Source: an uncultured Fidelibacterota bacterium (lineage in GTDB: Bacteria; Fidelibacterota; Marinisomatia; Marinisomatales; Marinisomataceae). From it: a stretch of 64,000 nt of DNA. A program made the translations under genes and the position numbers. The stretch spans positions 3,175-67,174 of the forward strand of contig CACKGC010000005.1 in NCBI GenBank assembly GCA_902599655.1, given 5' to 3'. This document shows, in pieces, positions 28,258-39,014 of the stretch; the first letter of the stretch is position 1; each line of letters opens with the position of its first letter. The notes under the pieces are model-generated. The model was given only the letters and a program-made list of their open reading frames with translations, searched no databases and had not been told where the DNA came from.

Positions 28258-30336
28258 TTATTCAGGTTTTTCAGTTAAAAGCTTAATACTGAAATTTAAA
28301 CGACCTTGTTTATCAATTTCAAATAGCTTTATCTTGACTTCATCGCCCTCAGAAAGCACATCTTCAACTTTATTAACACGTTCCCATGCTAGTTGTGAAA
28401 TGTGTACTAAACCTTCTCTTCCTGGAGCAAATTCAACAAAAGCACCAAAGTCTAAAATTTTAGTCACTTTACCATCGAAAACAGTTCCAACTTCTGGATC
28501 TTGAACTACAGCTTTAATTTGAGATATTGCGTTATCTAATTTTGCTTTGTTTTCTGCTGATACACTGACAGTACCATCATCTTCAATATTAATAACACAT
28601 TCTGCATTCTCCTGAAGAGCCTTAATATTTTTACCTCCAGGCCCAATTAATGCACCAATCTTATCTTTGTCAATCTTAAAAGATTCAATTTGAGGTGCAT
28701 ATGGGGATAATGCATTCGGTTTATCAATTGCTTTATTCATTTCACCTAGAATATGCAATCTACCTTTATTTGCTTGTTCAAGTGCATTTGATAAAACATC
28801 CATAGAAAGACCAGGAACTTTTAAATCAAGCTGAATTGCACTAATTCCATCTTTTGTACCAGCTACCTTGAAATCCATATCTCCAAGGAAGTCTTCTGTA
28901 CCTAGGATGTCACTTAAAACTGCGTAATTATCATCATCTTCCATGATTAAACCCATAGCTATACCTGCCACATGCTCTTTTATAGGAACACCGGCATTCA
29001 TCATTGCTAATGAGCCGCCACAAACAGATGCCATTGATGAAGAACCATTTGATTCGGTAATTTCTGATACAATACGAACTGTATATGGAAATTCTTCCGA
29101 AGATGGCAATATAGGTTTTAGCGATCTTTCAGCTAAATGACCATGACCAATTTCACGTCTATTAGTAAAACCAATTCTACCTGTTTCTCCTACACAATAT
29201 GGAGGAAAGTTATAGTGTAATAAGAATGATTTTTTATAATCACTAGCCATTGAATCAATAATTTGCTCATCTCTACTAGATCCTAAAGTTAAAGCAGCTA
29301 TAGACTGAGTTTCTCCGCGAGTAAATAATGCAGATCCATGTACTCTTGGTAGAATAGATTCTACAACACTGATGTCTCTAATATCTTCCAATCCTCTACC
29401 ATCAACTCTAACTTTTTTATCTAGAACAGTTTTTCTAACTGTGTTTTTGAACATATTTTTAATATGATTCTTAACTTCTGGATACATTTCTTCATCTTCA
29501 AGATATGGTTCTAATGCTTCTTTCTCAATTGCATTAAATTCATCATCTCTTGCTTGCTTTGTATCTAAATCAAAAATCTTTTCCATTTTTGACAAGTAAG
29601 CATCATCTAAAGACTTTTCAATATCTTCTGTTATAACTTTAGTATCAATAATTTCATAAGAATTGTCAAAATGTTCTGAAAACTCCATTTGAAGATCAAC
29701 AATGTCGTTAATTCCATCCATTGCTACATCTAATGCTTCTAAAATTGTTTTTTCTGGAACAAAATTAGATCCACCTTCAATCATACAAATTTTATCTTTC
29801 TTTCCAGTAACCATTAAGTCTAAATCTGATGATTCCATTTGTTCATGTGTTGGATTTAAAACATATTCTCCGTCAATTAATCCAACTTTTACTGAAGCAA
29901 TAGGACCATCGAATGGTACTGGTGACAATAATAAGGCTGCTGAAGCACCAATAGCAGCGACAACATCTGGTGTATTTACACCGTCATATGACATTGTAGT
30001 TAACATAATTTGCAATTCATGCCTGTAATTCTTAGGTATTAAGGGTCTAATAGGTCTATCTGTTAGACGTGAAGTCAGTACCTCAGCATCTGTAGGTTTA
30101 GCCTCTCTTTTAAAGAACCCTCCGGGTATTTTTCCACCCGCATAATGTTTTTCTCTGTATTCAACCTGCATTGGTAAAAAGTCAATGCCCTCTCTTGGTT
30201 CAGATGAACAACATACTGTTGCTAAAATTGCTGTTTCTCCATAACTAATAAATACGGAACCACCAGCTTGTCTAGCGATTTGTCCAGATTCTATTTTAAG
30301 CGGTCTTCCCGCTATATTCTTTTCTACTTTTATCAT
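28258..30336 (-). CDS. pnp: Polyribonucleotide nucleotidyltransferase (PNPase)
   Basis: 692 aa with two RNase PH domains, then KH and S1 (GTVFDGKVTKILDFGAFVEF). Confidence 0.97.
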   Translation of the reverse strand: MIKVEKNIAGRPLKIESGQIARQAGGSVFISYGETAILATVCCSSEPREGIDFLPMQVEYREKHYAGGKIPGGFFKREAKPTDAEVLTSRLTDRPIRPLIPKNYRHELQIMLTTMSYDGVNTPDVVAAIGASAALLLSPVPFDGPIASVKVGLIDGEYVLNPTHEQMESSDLDLMVTGKKDKICMIEGGSNFVPEKTILEALDVAMDGINDIVDLQMEFSEHFDNSYEIIDTKVITEDIEKSLDDAYLSKMEKIFDLDTKQARDDEFNAIEKEALEPYLEDEEMYPEVKNHIKNMFKNTVRKTVLDKKVRVDGRGLEDIRDISVVESILPRVHGSALFTRGETQSIAALTLGSSRDEQIIDSMASDYKKSFLLHYNFPPYCVGETGRIGFTNRREIGHGHLAERSLKPILPSSEEFPYTVRIVSEITESNGSSSMASVCGGSLAMMNAGVPIKEHVAGIAMGLIMEDDDNYAVLSDILGTEDFLGDMDFKVAGTKDGISAIQLDLKVPGLSMDVLSNALEQANKGRLHILGEMNKAIDKPNALSPYAPQIESFKIDKDKIGALIGPGGKNIKALQENAECVINIEDDGTVSVSAENKAKLDNAISQIKAVVQDPEVGTVFDGKVTKILDFGAFVEFAPGREGLVHISQLAWERVNKVEDVLSEGDEVKIKLFEIDKQGRLNFSIKLLTEKPE

Positions 30337-30344
30337 TTTCTTCT

Positions 30345-30614
30345 TTATCTTCCTCTTATCGATAGTTTCTTAATTAATTCATCATAACTATCTAGTTTAG
30401 TTTTTCTTAAATATTTCAATAGCTTCTTTCGCTGTGACACTAACTTAACTAAACCATGTTTTGAATGAACATCTTTCTTGTGCATCTTTACATGCTCTGT
30501 CAATGATCTAATTCGATCAGTTAGAAGTGCAATTTGCGCTTCACTACTACCGACATTCTTTGCATCAAGACCTGCGTCTTGAAGAAGTGTACTTGTTTCT
30601 TTACTATATTTCAT
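30345..30614 (-). CDS. rpsO: 30S ribosomal protein S15
   Basis: 89 aa. LTDRIRSLTEHVKMHKKDVHSKHGLVKLVSQRKKLLKYL. Confidence 0.96.
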   Translation of the reverse strand: MKYSKETSTLLQDAGLDAKNVGSSEAQIALLTDRIRSLTEHVKMHKKDVHSKHGLVKLVSQRKKLLKYLRKTKLDSYDELIKKLSIRGR

Positions 30615-31554
30615 ATTTCTCCTTAAAAGTATCTATTAATTCAATACATACTTCTTTATCTTTTTCAATTTGTTTGATTAGCAATTCTTTACTTTCAAAC
30701 TTTTTTTCATCTCGAATTTTATCCAAAAACTCGATATAAAAATTCTTATCGTATAGATTGCCGAATTTATCAGATAAAATGTGAACTTCCATAACAAATT
30801 TTTTTTCATTAAAAGTTGGTCTGACACCCGCATTCATCATTCCAAAATAGCATTCTCCGTCTAAGAAAACCCTAGCTAAATATACTCCAGTGCTCGGAAG
30901 TAACTGATTTTCAAAAGTTGGAATAAAATTTGCTGTTGGATAATTCATTGTTTTTCCGCGATTTGAACCAGAAACAACAGTTGCATTAAATCCATAAAAT
31001 CTTCCTAAATAATCATATACCTTGCTTGAGTTTCCATCTAAAATCAATGATCTAATTAAGCTACTAGATATGGTGCTACCCATATGTTCTCTCATTACAG
31101 GCGTATGAAGTTCTATATTATTGTCACTGCAAAAAGCTTTTAAAAATTCAAAATCTCCTTCTTTTTTATGTCCAAAATAGTGATTTGTACCTACAGAAAT
31201 TAAAGTTGGATTGAATAAATCTTTTAACACATTATCTGCAAACATTTGAGCTGACATTAATGAAAACTCTCTGTCAAATGGTATTATTAACACAATATCT
31301 AAACCTATTTCTTTTAAAGTTTCCAGTTTTTCATCTAAACTTTGAAGATTTATTGAATCTGGTTTATCAGAAAGCACATAAAAAGGATTTGGATCAAATG
31401 TAATTAAGCAAGACGGTATATTTCTTTTTTTGCCCTCTTCAACAATATAAGATAGTACATCATGATGACCTTTATGAATACCGTCGTAATTACCAACAGT
31501 TATAACTGAATTTGATAACTTTTTAAAATCTTTTAATGATGTTATGATTTCCAT
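30604..31554 (-). CDS. ribF: Bifunctional riboflavin kinase / FAD synthetase
   Basis: VGNYDGIHKGHH and GRKTMNYPTANF-like GKTMNYPTANF motifs. Confidence 0.93.
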   Translation of the reverse strand: MEIITSLKDFKKLSNSVITVGNYDGIHKGHHDVLSYIVEEGKKRNIPSCLITFDPNPFYVLSDKPDSINLQSLDEKLETLKEIGLDIVLIIPFDREFSLMSAQMFADNVLKDLFNPTLISVGTNHYFGHKKEGDFEFLKAFCSDNNIELHTPVMREHMGSTISSSLIRSLILDGNSSKVYDYLGRFYGFNATVVSGSNRGKTMNYPTANFIPTFENQLLPSTGVYLARVFLDGECYFGMMNAGVRPTFNEKKFVMEVHILSDKFGNLYDKNFYIEFLDKIRDEKKFESKELLIKQIEKDKEVCIELIDTFKEKYEI

Positions 31555-32183
31555 TTGTCCTCAAATTTTTCTATTGTAACCGATTCATCCAATCTATATT
31601 CACCAACACTTAATCGTGTTAAGCTTATCAAATGACCTACAGTACCTAAATATTCTGCTATATCCTCTGCTAACACCCTTATATAAGTTCCAGATGAACA
31701 ATCCACAGTTATTTTTAAGGTATTTTCGTCTAATGAATCAATTTTTAAGCTATTAATAGTTATCAACTTTGGATTTGTTTTGATTTCAATATTTTTTCTT
31801 GCAAGCTTATAGAGTCGAACTCCATTAATTTTCCTTGCTGAGTACATAGGAGTTCTTTGTAATAATTCTCCAACAAACTTATTCTCGCAATCAATTAAAC
31901 TTTGTTCAGAAATTTCACAAACTTCTTTTTCTTCAACAATGTTGCCTGTTAAATCCATTGAATCCGTTTTTTCTCCTAATTTGATTATACCTTCATAAGT
32001 CTTATCAAATTGTATGATATTTGATAATTTTTTGGTCGATTTTCCAACACCTAACACTAAAACTCCGTCTGCAAATGGATCTAAAGTACCTGAGTGTCCA
32101 ACCTTTTCTTTAGTAATATTTTTTACTTTTTTAACAATTGAAAAAGAAGACAAATCTTTTGGCTTATATATGTTGTAAATCAT
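31542..32183 (-). CDS. truB: tRNA pseudouridine(55) synthase (short form, no obvious PUA extension)
   Basis: KVGHSGTLDPFADGVLVLGVG catalytic motif. 213 aa. Confidence 0.9.
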   Translation of the reverse strand: MIYNIYKPKDLSSFSIVKKVKNITKEKVGHSGTLDPFADGVLVLGVGKSTKKLSNIIQFDKTYEGIIKLGEKTDSMDLTGNIVEEKEVCEISEQSLIDCENKFVGELLQRTPMYSARKINGVRLYKLARKNIEIKTNPKLITINSLKIDSLDENTLKITVDCSSGTYIRVLAEDIAEYLGTVGHLISLTRLSVGEYRLDESVTIEKFEDKWKS

Positions 32184-32184
32184 A

Positions 32185-32532
32185 CTAATCTATCTTTTTT
32201 ATTAGCTTATCAATTTTTTCAAATTGCTCAAATGAATCATCATAGAAAAATTTTAATGTTGGAGTAGATCTTAAATTTAAAGATGCTGATAAAAATTTTC
32301 TAAAAACCGGCACAAGCAAGTTTAGTTCTTCGTTAATAATTTCTATCTTTTTAGTAGGGTTTAAAACACTATAATATAAAGTTGCATGTTTTAAATCAGC
32401 TGTCATTTTAACTGAAGAAAAAGTGATAAAACCATATTTCCTTAAATCCATCTCTCTAGTTAAGATATCATTAATGGTTTTTAAAACTTGTTGTGATACT
32501 CTTTCTGATCTTGAAAACGGTTTATTATTCAA
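32185..32532 (-). CDS. rbfA: Ribosome-binding factor A
   Basis: 115 aa. RSERVSQQVLKTINDIL, in the canonical position after infB. Confidence 0.9.
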   Translation of the reverse strand: MNNKPFSRSERVSQQVLKTINDILTREMDLRKYGFITFSSVKMTADLKHATLYYSVLNPTKKIEIINEELNLLVPVFRKFLSASLNLRSTPTLKFFYDDSFEQFEKIDKLIKKID

Positions 32533-34877
32533 CTGTCTGCTAATGTTCTCTTAATTTCATTTATTTTATACGCAACAATTCTGTCGCCTTCAAAATACTT
32601 TTTCACACCTTCAACGGAAATACCACATTCCATACCTGAATCAACAGATGCTACATCGTCTTTAAATCGCTTTAATGAGGTAATTGAACCTTTCGAAACA
32701 AGCTCCTCTTCTTCGCGAATAAGCCTAACAAAACAATCACGTGTAATTTTACCAGATTCTACTTGAGATCCAGCGATAAAACCAATTTTAGGAATTTTAA
32801 ATGACTCTTTAACTACTGCAACACCGATAACTTCTTCAACCATATCTGGCTTTAATAATCCTTCAACAGCCATCTTAACGTCTTCAACAATCTGATAAAT
32901 AATACTATAGGCTCTAATTTCTACATTGTTTTGACTAGCTAAGAGCTTGGTATTTGATGGAATTTGAACTCCAAAGCCAATAATAATTGCTTGTGAAGCT
33001 TGTGCTAACAAAACATCAGATTCGGTAACATTACCAACTCCCTTATGAACAATATCTACACCAACTTCATCATTGTTGATTTTTTCTATACTTTGTATTA
33101 AAGCTTCAATTGAACCATCAGAATCAGCTTTAATAATGATATTTAAGTTATTAATATCACCTTCCTTAATCTGAGCTGATATACTATCTAATGATGTTTT
33201 TTGAACCATCTGAAGATCAATTTCACGTTTAATTCTCTGACGTTCATTAGCTATTTTCTTTAAATCTGATTCATTTTCAACTTCTGCAAAAATATCTCCA
33301 GCCTGAGGAACTTGATCAAAACCTAGAATTTGGACTGGATCTGATGGTCTAGCTTCTGTGATTCTCTCATTGTTTTCATTCATAATTGCTCGAACCTTAC
33401 CAGGGTGATTATTACAAATAAATGGAGTTCCTATACTTAAAGTACCTTTTTGAATTAAGACGGTTGCCACAGGACCTAATCCTTTATCTAATCTTGAATC
33501 TATTACAATACCTTTACAATCAATATCTTGATTTGCTTTCAGGTCTAATACTTCGGCCTCAAGTAAAATTGCTTCCATTAAGTCATCTATACCTTCACCT
33601 GTTTGAGCAGACGTATGTACAGATTGAATTTTACCTCCCCAGTCTTCCACTAAGACATCTTTTTCAGATAATTCTCTTTTAACGATGTCAGGATTAGCAC
33701 CTTGCTTATCAATCTTGTTGATAGCTACTACGATTGGAACTTCCGCAGCTTTTGCATGATTAATAGCTTCAATTGTTTGAGGCATAACACTATCATCAGC
33801 TGCAACTACCAGAATTACAATATCTGTTGATTGAGCACCTCTTGCTCTCATAGCAGTAAAAGCTTCGTGTCCAGGTGTATCTAAAAAAGTGATTTTATTA
33901 TCATTATGTAAAACCTGATAAGCTCCAACTCTTTGTGTTATTCCTCCTGATTCACCTGCAGCAACTTTTGTTTTTCTGATATAATCTAAAATGGATGTTT
34001 TACCATGGTCTACGTGTCCCATAATTGTTACAACCGGTGCTCTTTCTATCGCATTTGATAATTCTTCTTCTGAATGAGATGTTACAAACAAGTCATCAAC
34101 AACTTCTTCATATTTCTTCAATTCAACATCATATTCTCCAGCAATTAATTCTATGACATCCCATTCGAGTCTTTGATTTACAGTTGCTAAAATACCCATT
34201 TGTAAGCATTTACCAATTACTTCACTGGTTGATACGTCTAAAACTTTAGCTATTTCATCAATACTAGCATATTCGGCAAGCTCAATTGATCTTTTTTGAT
34301 CTCCATCTTCTAGTCCAACATCTTTTTTTGATTTCTTGTATGATTTCTTCTTAGGACTTGCATCCATAGAAGCAAGAGTCTTCTTCAATCTTTTAACAGC
34401 AGAACTATCTTTTTTCAGTTCATCTTTATGTTTTTTGGCCTGCTTTTTATCCTCTTTCTTTTCTGGTTCACGTAAAGAGATTTTTCTTAATTTTTTCTTT
34501 GGTTTTTTCTCAACAGGAGCCTCTTTTTTTGCTTCAGTCTTTTTACTATCTTTTTCATCCTTAGTTGGCTCTTCAGCTTTTTTCTTCTCTGATTTACGTT
34601 GATCTTCAACAGACATAATTTTGAACTTTTTGACAGATTTAGTTTTCATCACAACTTTTGAGTCATGAATCTCTTTTCTAACCTGTTCTTTTCTATCTCT
34701 TTCTGCAGATTGGCGATCTTTTGCAAACTCTGTATAAACTAATTGTTGTGTTTTTCCGTCAATTGGGGACATATGGCTAGATACAGAAATATCTTTTGAC
34801 TTTAAAAAGTCTAAGATATCAGTATGAGATATATTTAGCTCTTTTGCCAATTGGAATATTCTTATAGAATCAGACAT
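32529..34877 (-). CDS. infB: Translation initiation factor IF-2
   Basis: GTPase motifs GHVDHGKTS, DTPGHEAF, NKID. Lys/Glu-rich N-terminal region. Confidence 0.97.
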   Translation of the reverse strand: MSDSIRIFQLAKELNISHTDILDFLKSKDISVSSHMSPIDGKTQQLVYTEFAKDRQSAERDRKEQVRKEIHDSKVVMKTKSVKKFKIMSVEDQRKSEKKKAEEPTKDEKDSKKTEAKKEAPVEKKPKKKLRKISLREPEKKEDKKQAKKHKDELKKDSSAVKRLKKTLASMDASPKKKSYKKSKKDVGLEDGDQKRSIELAEYASIDEIAKVLDVSTSEVIGKCLQMGILATVNQRLEWDVIELIAGEYDVELKKYEEVVDDLFVTSHSEEELSNAIERAPVVTIMGHVDHGKTSILDYIRKTKVAAGESGGITQRVGAYQVLHNDNKITFLDTPGHEAFTAMRARGAQSTDIVILVVAADDSVMPQTIEAINHAKAAEVPIVVAINKIDKQGANPDIVKRELSEKDVLVEDWGGKIQSVHTSAQTGEGIDDLMEAILLEAEVLDLKANQDIDCKGIVIDSRLDKGLGPVATVLIQKGTLSIGTPFICNNHPGKVRAIMNENNERITEARPSDPVQILGFDQVPQAGDIFAEVENESDLKKIANERQRIKREIDLQMVQKTSLDSISAQIKEGDINNLNIIIKADSDGSIEALIQSIEKINNDEVGVDIVHKGVGNVTESDVLLAQASQAIIIGFGVQIPSNTKLLASQNNVEIRAYSIIYQIVEDVKMAVEGLLKPDMVEEVIGVAVVKESFKIPKIGFIAGSQVESGKITRDCFVRLIREEEELVSKGSITSLKRFKDDVASVDSGMECGISVEGVKKYFEGDRIVAYKINEIKRTLADS

Positions 34878-34880
34878 TAA

Positions 34881-36353
34881 TTACTCTTCTTTTTCCTCAA
34901 TATTTGCGTCAGAATCTTCTTCTGAGTCAACAACTTCTTCATCCGGTAATTCTACTTCTTCAGCTGGCTCTTCATCAGCTGCTGCAGCTTCTTCGCTATC
35001 ATCTTCAACTGCTTCAATATCTTGTTCTTGAACAGTTGAATCTGACTCAGCACTATCTTCAGTGTTTTCAATTACCTCTTCAACTTCTTCTTCTTTGTTA
35101 TGCGTAATTTCTATAAATGAATTTACTGCATCACTTATTGAAGTTATGTCTTTATCATTAAGCTCTAGTTCTTCATTTAGAACATATTTTTTTACGTTTA
35201 AATAATCTGCAACTGAAACAATATTTGCTTTTGCAAGTTTATTACTCAACGTTTTTGTAATTCCGTCTAATGATTCAAGCGTTGTTTTCTGATTTATAAG
35301 CACTTCATCATATTCTGATTTCGTGTAAGCATCAATTGTATATCCTGTTAGTTTTGAAGCAAGATTAATATTGACACCACTTCTTCCAACAGCATTTTCA
35401 AGACCACCTTCATCAAATATTGCAACACAATACTTTCTATCATCATCTATATATAAATCAACTGGTTTTGCTGGAGAAAGTGCTCTAGTAATGAACACCT
35501 CAGATTTCTCTGTATAATTAACAATATCAATCTTTTCATTATTTAACTCTCTAACAACAGATTGAATTCTACTTCCTCTCATACCTACACAGGCACCAAC
35601 TGCATCAATTCGTTTATCAACAGAATGAACTATAATTTTACTTCTTTCTCCTGGTTTTCTTGCAATTCCTTTAATTTCTATAATCCCATCTTCAATTTCT
35701 GGGACTTCCATTTCAAAAAGCTTGTATAGAAAAAGATCGTCACTTCGAGATATTAAAATATCTGGACCTTTTGGTGTTACTTCGACTGATTTAACTAGGG
35801 CTCTGATTGTATCGCCTCTTCTGAATCTTTCAGAATAAATTTGTTCATTCCTAGGCATTCTTAACTCTGTTTGCTCAATATTTACAAAAGTATTTTCACG
35901 ATGAACTTGATGAACAGTCCCGATGATAACTTCTCCTATTCTCTGAACATAATCCTCATAAATATACTGCTGCTGAACTTCTCTGGTTCTTTTGTTCAGA
36001 AATTGTCTCGCATTTGCAACTAATCTTCTACCAAAACGCGCAGGGTCAATCACCTCTACAAAAGTATCTCCTAACTTTAATTCGCCAGCTAAATCTGGCT
36101 CAAGATCTACAGCTCTTTCTAATGTTATATCGAAGTGATCATCATCTACTTCTTCAACAATTGTTTTTTCAACATAAATTTCTATTTCACCCTTATCAAG
36201 ATTAACAATAACACTACAATTATCAGATTCGCCAGTTTCTTTCTCAATAATAAATAAGAATAATTGTTCAATTATTGTGCCAAGCTCTGAACGCTCGATA
36301 TTCTTTTCTCTTGCTAATTCAATAAAAATTTCAATTAAATCTCTATTAATCAT
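34881..36353 (-). CDS. nusA: Transcription termination/antitermination factor NusA with long acidic C-terminal tail
   Basis: S1 and KH domains (IGACVGMRGSRIQSV). The last roughly 70 aa are Glu/Asp-rich. Confidence 0.96.
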   Translation of the reverse strand: MINRDLIEIFIELAREKNIERSELGTIIEQLFLFIIEKETGESDNCSVIVNLDKGEIEIYVEKTIVEEVDDDHFDITLERAVDLEPDLAGELKLGDTFVEVIDPARFGRRLVANARQFLNKRTREVQQQYIYEDYVQRIGEVIIGTVHQVHRENTFVNIEQTELRMPRNEQIYSERFRRGDTIRALVKSVEVTPKGPDILISRSDDLFLYKLFEMEVPEIEDGIIEIKGIARKPGERSKIIVHSVDKRIDAVGACVGMRGSRIQSVVRELNNEKIDIVNYTEKSEVFITRALSPAKPVDLYIDDDRKYCVAIFDEGGLENAVGRSGVNINLASKLTGYTIDAYTKSEYDEVLINQKTTLESLDGITKTLSNKLAKANIVSVADYLNVKKYVLNEELELNDKDITSISDAVNSFIEITHNKEEEVEEVIENTEDSAESDSTVQEQDIEAVEDDSEEAAAADEEPAEEVELPDEEVVDSEEDSDANIEEKEE

Positions 36354-36374
36354 AATAACCCTTCAATTTTTTTC

Positions 36375-36383
36375 ATTATAACA
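36375..36383 (-). promoter_or_regulatory. Candidate extended -10 promoter (TGTTATAAT) for the nusA-infB operon
   Basis: Minus strand reads TGTTATAAT. It ends 21 nt upstream of the nusA ATG, and an AGGG SD lies in between. No good -35. Confidence 0.45.
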
Positions 36384-36404
36384 AAAATGGGCCGTAGCCC
36401 ATTT
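36381..36404 (-). terminator. Rho-independent terminator after the TPR-like gene
   Basis: Minus strand reads AAATGGGC-TACG-GCCCATTT followed by TTTGT. It abuts the candidate nusA promoter. Confidence 0.7.
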
Positions 36405-36448
36405 AATTCATTGGAATATATTTAATTAATATCGTATTAACAAGTATC

Positions 36449-37084
36449 TTAGTTAATACTTAATACGTACCCATAAACTTCTTCAAAAAGTTGATTATAT
36501 GCCGGATTATCAGCATCAATTGACTCGAGAAGCATTATAGACTGATCTGTCTGGCCATTTTGAGCTAGTTTTTCAGCTTTGAGAATACTGATATATTTAA
36601 TTTCATTTTCAGAGTCAGTAAACTTCATTGCATTGTCGAACATTTTTGTGTCGTTTTCTAGCTCAGCAAGCATGATATATCCTTCTTTTTTAAGATTGTC
36701 ATACTTCATTTTAGAAACGCTTTCAGATAAATAAACAAGCGCTTTATCATTATTTCCATTGATAAATGCGGTTCTTCCAAGATAAAACTTTGCTTGATGA
36801 GCAGCTTTTGTGCCAGAAAAGTTATCTACAACAGTTTCAAGCTGTAAAACAGCATTATCAAAATCTCCTTTTTCAAAGTAAATCATCGCATTGCTAAGTG
36901 CTGCATCTGATGCAGATGGCTTTGGATCGTCATTTAAAGAAAAGGCTTGGAAAGTGACTAGAAATACAATTAATGCCAGAACAATAGGGTTTAATATGAA
37001 ATTTTCAATCGGTGTATAGTCCGATCTGTCTTTATAGCTCACCTTAATTGGTGTTAAAATGAAATTTTGAAATTTGTCTATCAT
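36449..37084 (-). CDS. Membrane-anchored TPR-like protein
   Basis: Start chosen at MIDKFQNF (37084), 4 nt after the trhO stop. One TM helix followed by TPR-like repeats (YFEKGDFDNAVLQLE, AKFYLGRTAF). Confidence 0.6.
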   Translation of the reverse strand: MIDKFQNFILTPIKVSYKDRSDYTPIENFILNPIVLALIVFLVTFQAFSLNDDPKPSASDAALSNAMIYFEKGDFDNAVLQLETVVDNFSGTKAAHQAKFYLGRTAFINGNNDKALVYLSESVSKMKYDNLKKEGYIMLAELENDTKMFDNAMKFTDSENEIKYISILKAEKLAQNGQTDQSIMLLESIDADNPAYNQLFEEVYGYVLSIN

Positions 37085-37088
37085 TGTA

Positions 37089-38126
37089 TTATTTCCAGTA
37101 ATTAAACAGTTTATAAAGTTTAGGTCTAAATTTAGTTGATAATTTAGCACTTGAAACCTTTTTATTTTTATCTTTTCTTAATTTTTTTTGTGTCACTATA
37201 TCCAGTTGCAAGAATTCATTACAGGCTTTTGAGCAACAATCTTTAAACTTTTCAGCACATTTATCACATTGAATGAACAATAAATGACATGCATCATTTT
37301 TACAATTCTTGTGATTATCCGATGGTGTCTTACATTGATGACATTTACCAATAATGTCATTTGTTACACGTTCTCCCATTCTATCATCAAACACGAAATT
37401 CTTACCAATAAATTCAGATTTCAAATCATTTTTCTTCATATCATGAGCGTATTGAATGATTCCACCTTCGAGTTGATAGACTTCTTTAAAACCTTTTTTA
37501 ATGAGATACGAACTAGCTTTTTCACAGCGTATACCTCCTGTACAATATAGATGTACTTTTTTATCCTCTTTTCCTTCTAAGGTTTTAGCAACCGTTGGAA
37601 GTAGTTCTTTTGAAAAATGTGCATCAGGAATAATAGCATTTTTAAATCTACCTACTTCACTTTCGTAATAATTTCTCATATCAACTATAATTGCGTCTTT
37701 TTCTTTAATTGAACGATTAAAATCAAGAGGTTTTAAATGCACTCCTGTCTTGTTCATATCATAGGATTCTTCAGGTACTTTATAAGCAACAATCTCATCA
37801 CGAACTAAAATTTTTAATTTTATGAAAGATGCGCCCTCTTCAACAGCATGTTTGAATTTAATATCGCTAAATACATCAATGGAGTGTATGTAAGATTTAA
37901 AATTTTCTACATTATGTTCAGGAATGCTTATTTGCGCATTAATTCCTTCTTTCGAAACATATATTCTACCAAGAATATCCTGTTCAATTAGATATGAATA
38001 TAATTTGTTGCGCAAATCTTCGGGATTATCAATAAAACAATACTTATAAAAAGAACAAGTTGTCCTATTAAAACTTTCTCTTTTTAAGCTTTTTTTTAGT
38101 TCAATTTTTGACTTTTTATTGTACAT
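37089..38126 (-). CDS. trhO: Rhodanese-domain tRNA uridine(34) hydroxylase (UPF0176/YceA family)
   Basis: Rhodanese active-site loop YCTGGIRCEKAS, with a Cys-rich C-terminal extension. Confidence 0.85.
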   Translation of the reverse strand: MYNKKSKIELKKSLKRESFNRTTCSFYKYCFIDNPEDLRNKLYSYLIEQDILGRIYVSKEGINAQISIPEHNVENFKSYIHSIDVFSDIKFKHAVEEGASFIKLKILVRDEIVAYKVPEESYDMNKTGVHLKPLDFNRSIKEKDAIIVDMRNYYESEVGRFKNAIIPDAHFSKELLPTVAKTLEGKEDKKVHLYCTGGIRCEKASSYLIKKGFKEVYQLEGGIIQYAHDMKKNDLKSEFIGKNFVFDDRMGERVTNDIIGKCHQCKTPSDNHKNCKNDACHLLFIQCDKCAEKFKDCCSKACNEFLQLDIVTQKKLRKDKNKKVSSAKLSTKFRPKLYKLFNYWK

Positions 38127-38195
38127 ATTGGAATGTTAATAGAAAAAGAGCCTATTAACAATAAATAATAGGCCCTTTACAAAGTTTGAAAAGTG

Positions 38196-38948
38196 TTAAT
38201 CAACAGATGTACTTAACTCAGGTCTAAATCTCCAAGTTTCACTCCAAATCCATGACCAACCACTTCTAACTTTTGAATCTAGTTCAGCATCTTCAGCATA
38301 CATTTGTGCTAAAACCTCACCAAACTCAGCTTGAGCAGGTGCAAGCAGTTCTGACATTGTCATGTGCGGCGTTGAGTATGAGTATACTGAGACATTTCCA
38401 CCAAGCGTTTTTGTCATTGCAACCCACGGTCTTGTACTGTCTGTTTGTTGTGCAATTTCATTAAATCTGCTAAAAACTGCTTCAGTATTTTTATTACCTC
38501 CTTGTTGGACACCGTAATAATAAATAGTTATATACTTTGGTTGTTGGCCATTTATATCTGAACCTTCAACTGTAGGCATATTTCTACTCAAATCAGATCT
38601 TACTGTCCAAAATTCCATCCCACCTTCAAGCTCAACCATACTTCCCCATTTATCATAAGGTACTTCTATATCATGATCTGCGTGTGCATCATAAATACTG
38701 TCAACCATATCTAATGGTGTAGGCCATTGTGCTGCTGGAACTCTAACATATTTACCAGCATTTGGACCGTTAACGATGGAAAATGTGTTAACAGCTGCTA
38801 GTCCTTTATGAGCTTTGTTGTGTTGCATCATTGCTTTTTCAAAATCTGCTACCCTTACTCCGTCTTTTAATCCAAGAACACTTTGCATATGATATGCTTG
38901 ACCAAAAGCTAAAGAAGTAAAAATTATTGATAGTAATATTTTTTTCAT
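38196..38948 (-). CDS. Hypothetical secreted protein
   Basis: Signal peptide MKKILLSIIFTSLAFGQ. No family recognised. Confidence 0.55.
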   Translation of the reverse strand: MKKILLSIIFTSLAFGQAYHMQSVLGLKDGVRVADFEKAMMQHNKAHKGLAAVNTFSIVNGPNAGKYVRVPAAQWPTPLDMVDSIYDAHADHDIEVPYDKWGSMVELEGGMEFWTVRSDLSRNMPTVEGSDINGQQPKYITIYYYGVQQGGNKNTEAVFSRFNEIAQQTDSTRPWVAMTKTLGGNVSVYSYSTPHMTMSELLAPAQAEFGEVLAQMYAEDAELDSKVRSGWSWIWSETWRFRPELSTSVD

Positions 38949-39014
38949 AATTAACCCCATATTTGTTAATAACATATAATGTTAATTATTTTTTGTCAAA
39001 CATGTAATAGCTAA

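Noticed and set aside
34330-34620. Repetitive Lys/Glu-rich stretch in infB and the Glu/Asp-rich tail of nusA (34881-35100), considered as possible tandem DNA repeats.
   Set aside because: These are low-complexity coding regions typical of the IF-2 N-terminal domain and of acidic NusA tails. No exact nucleotide repeat unit is visible.
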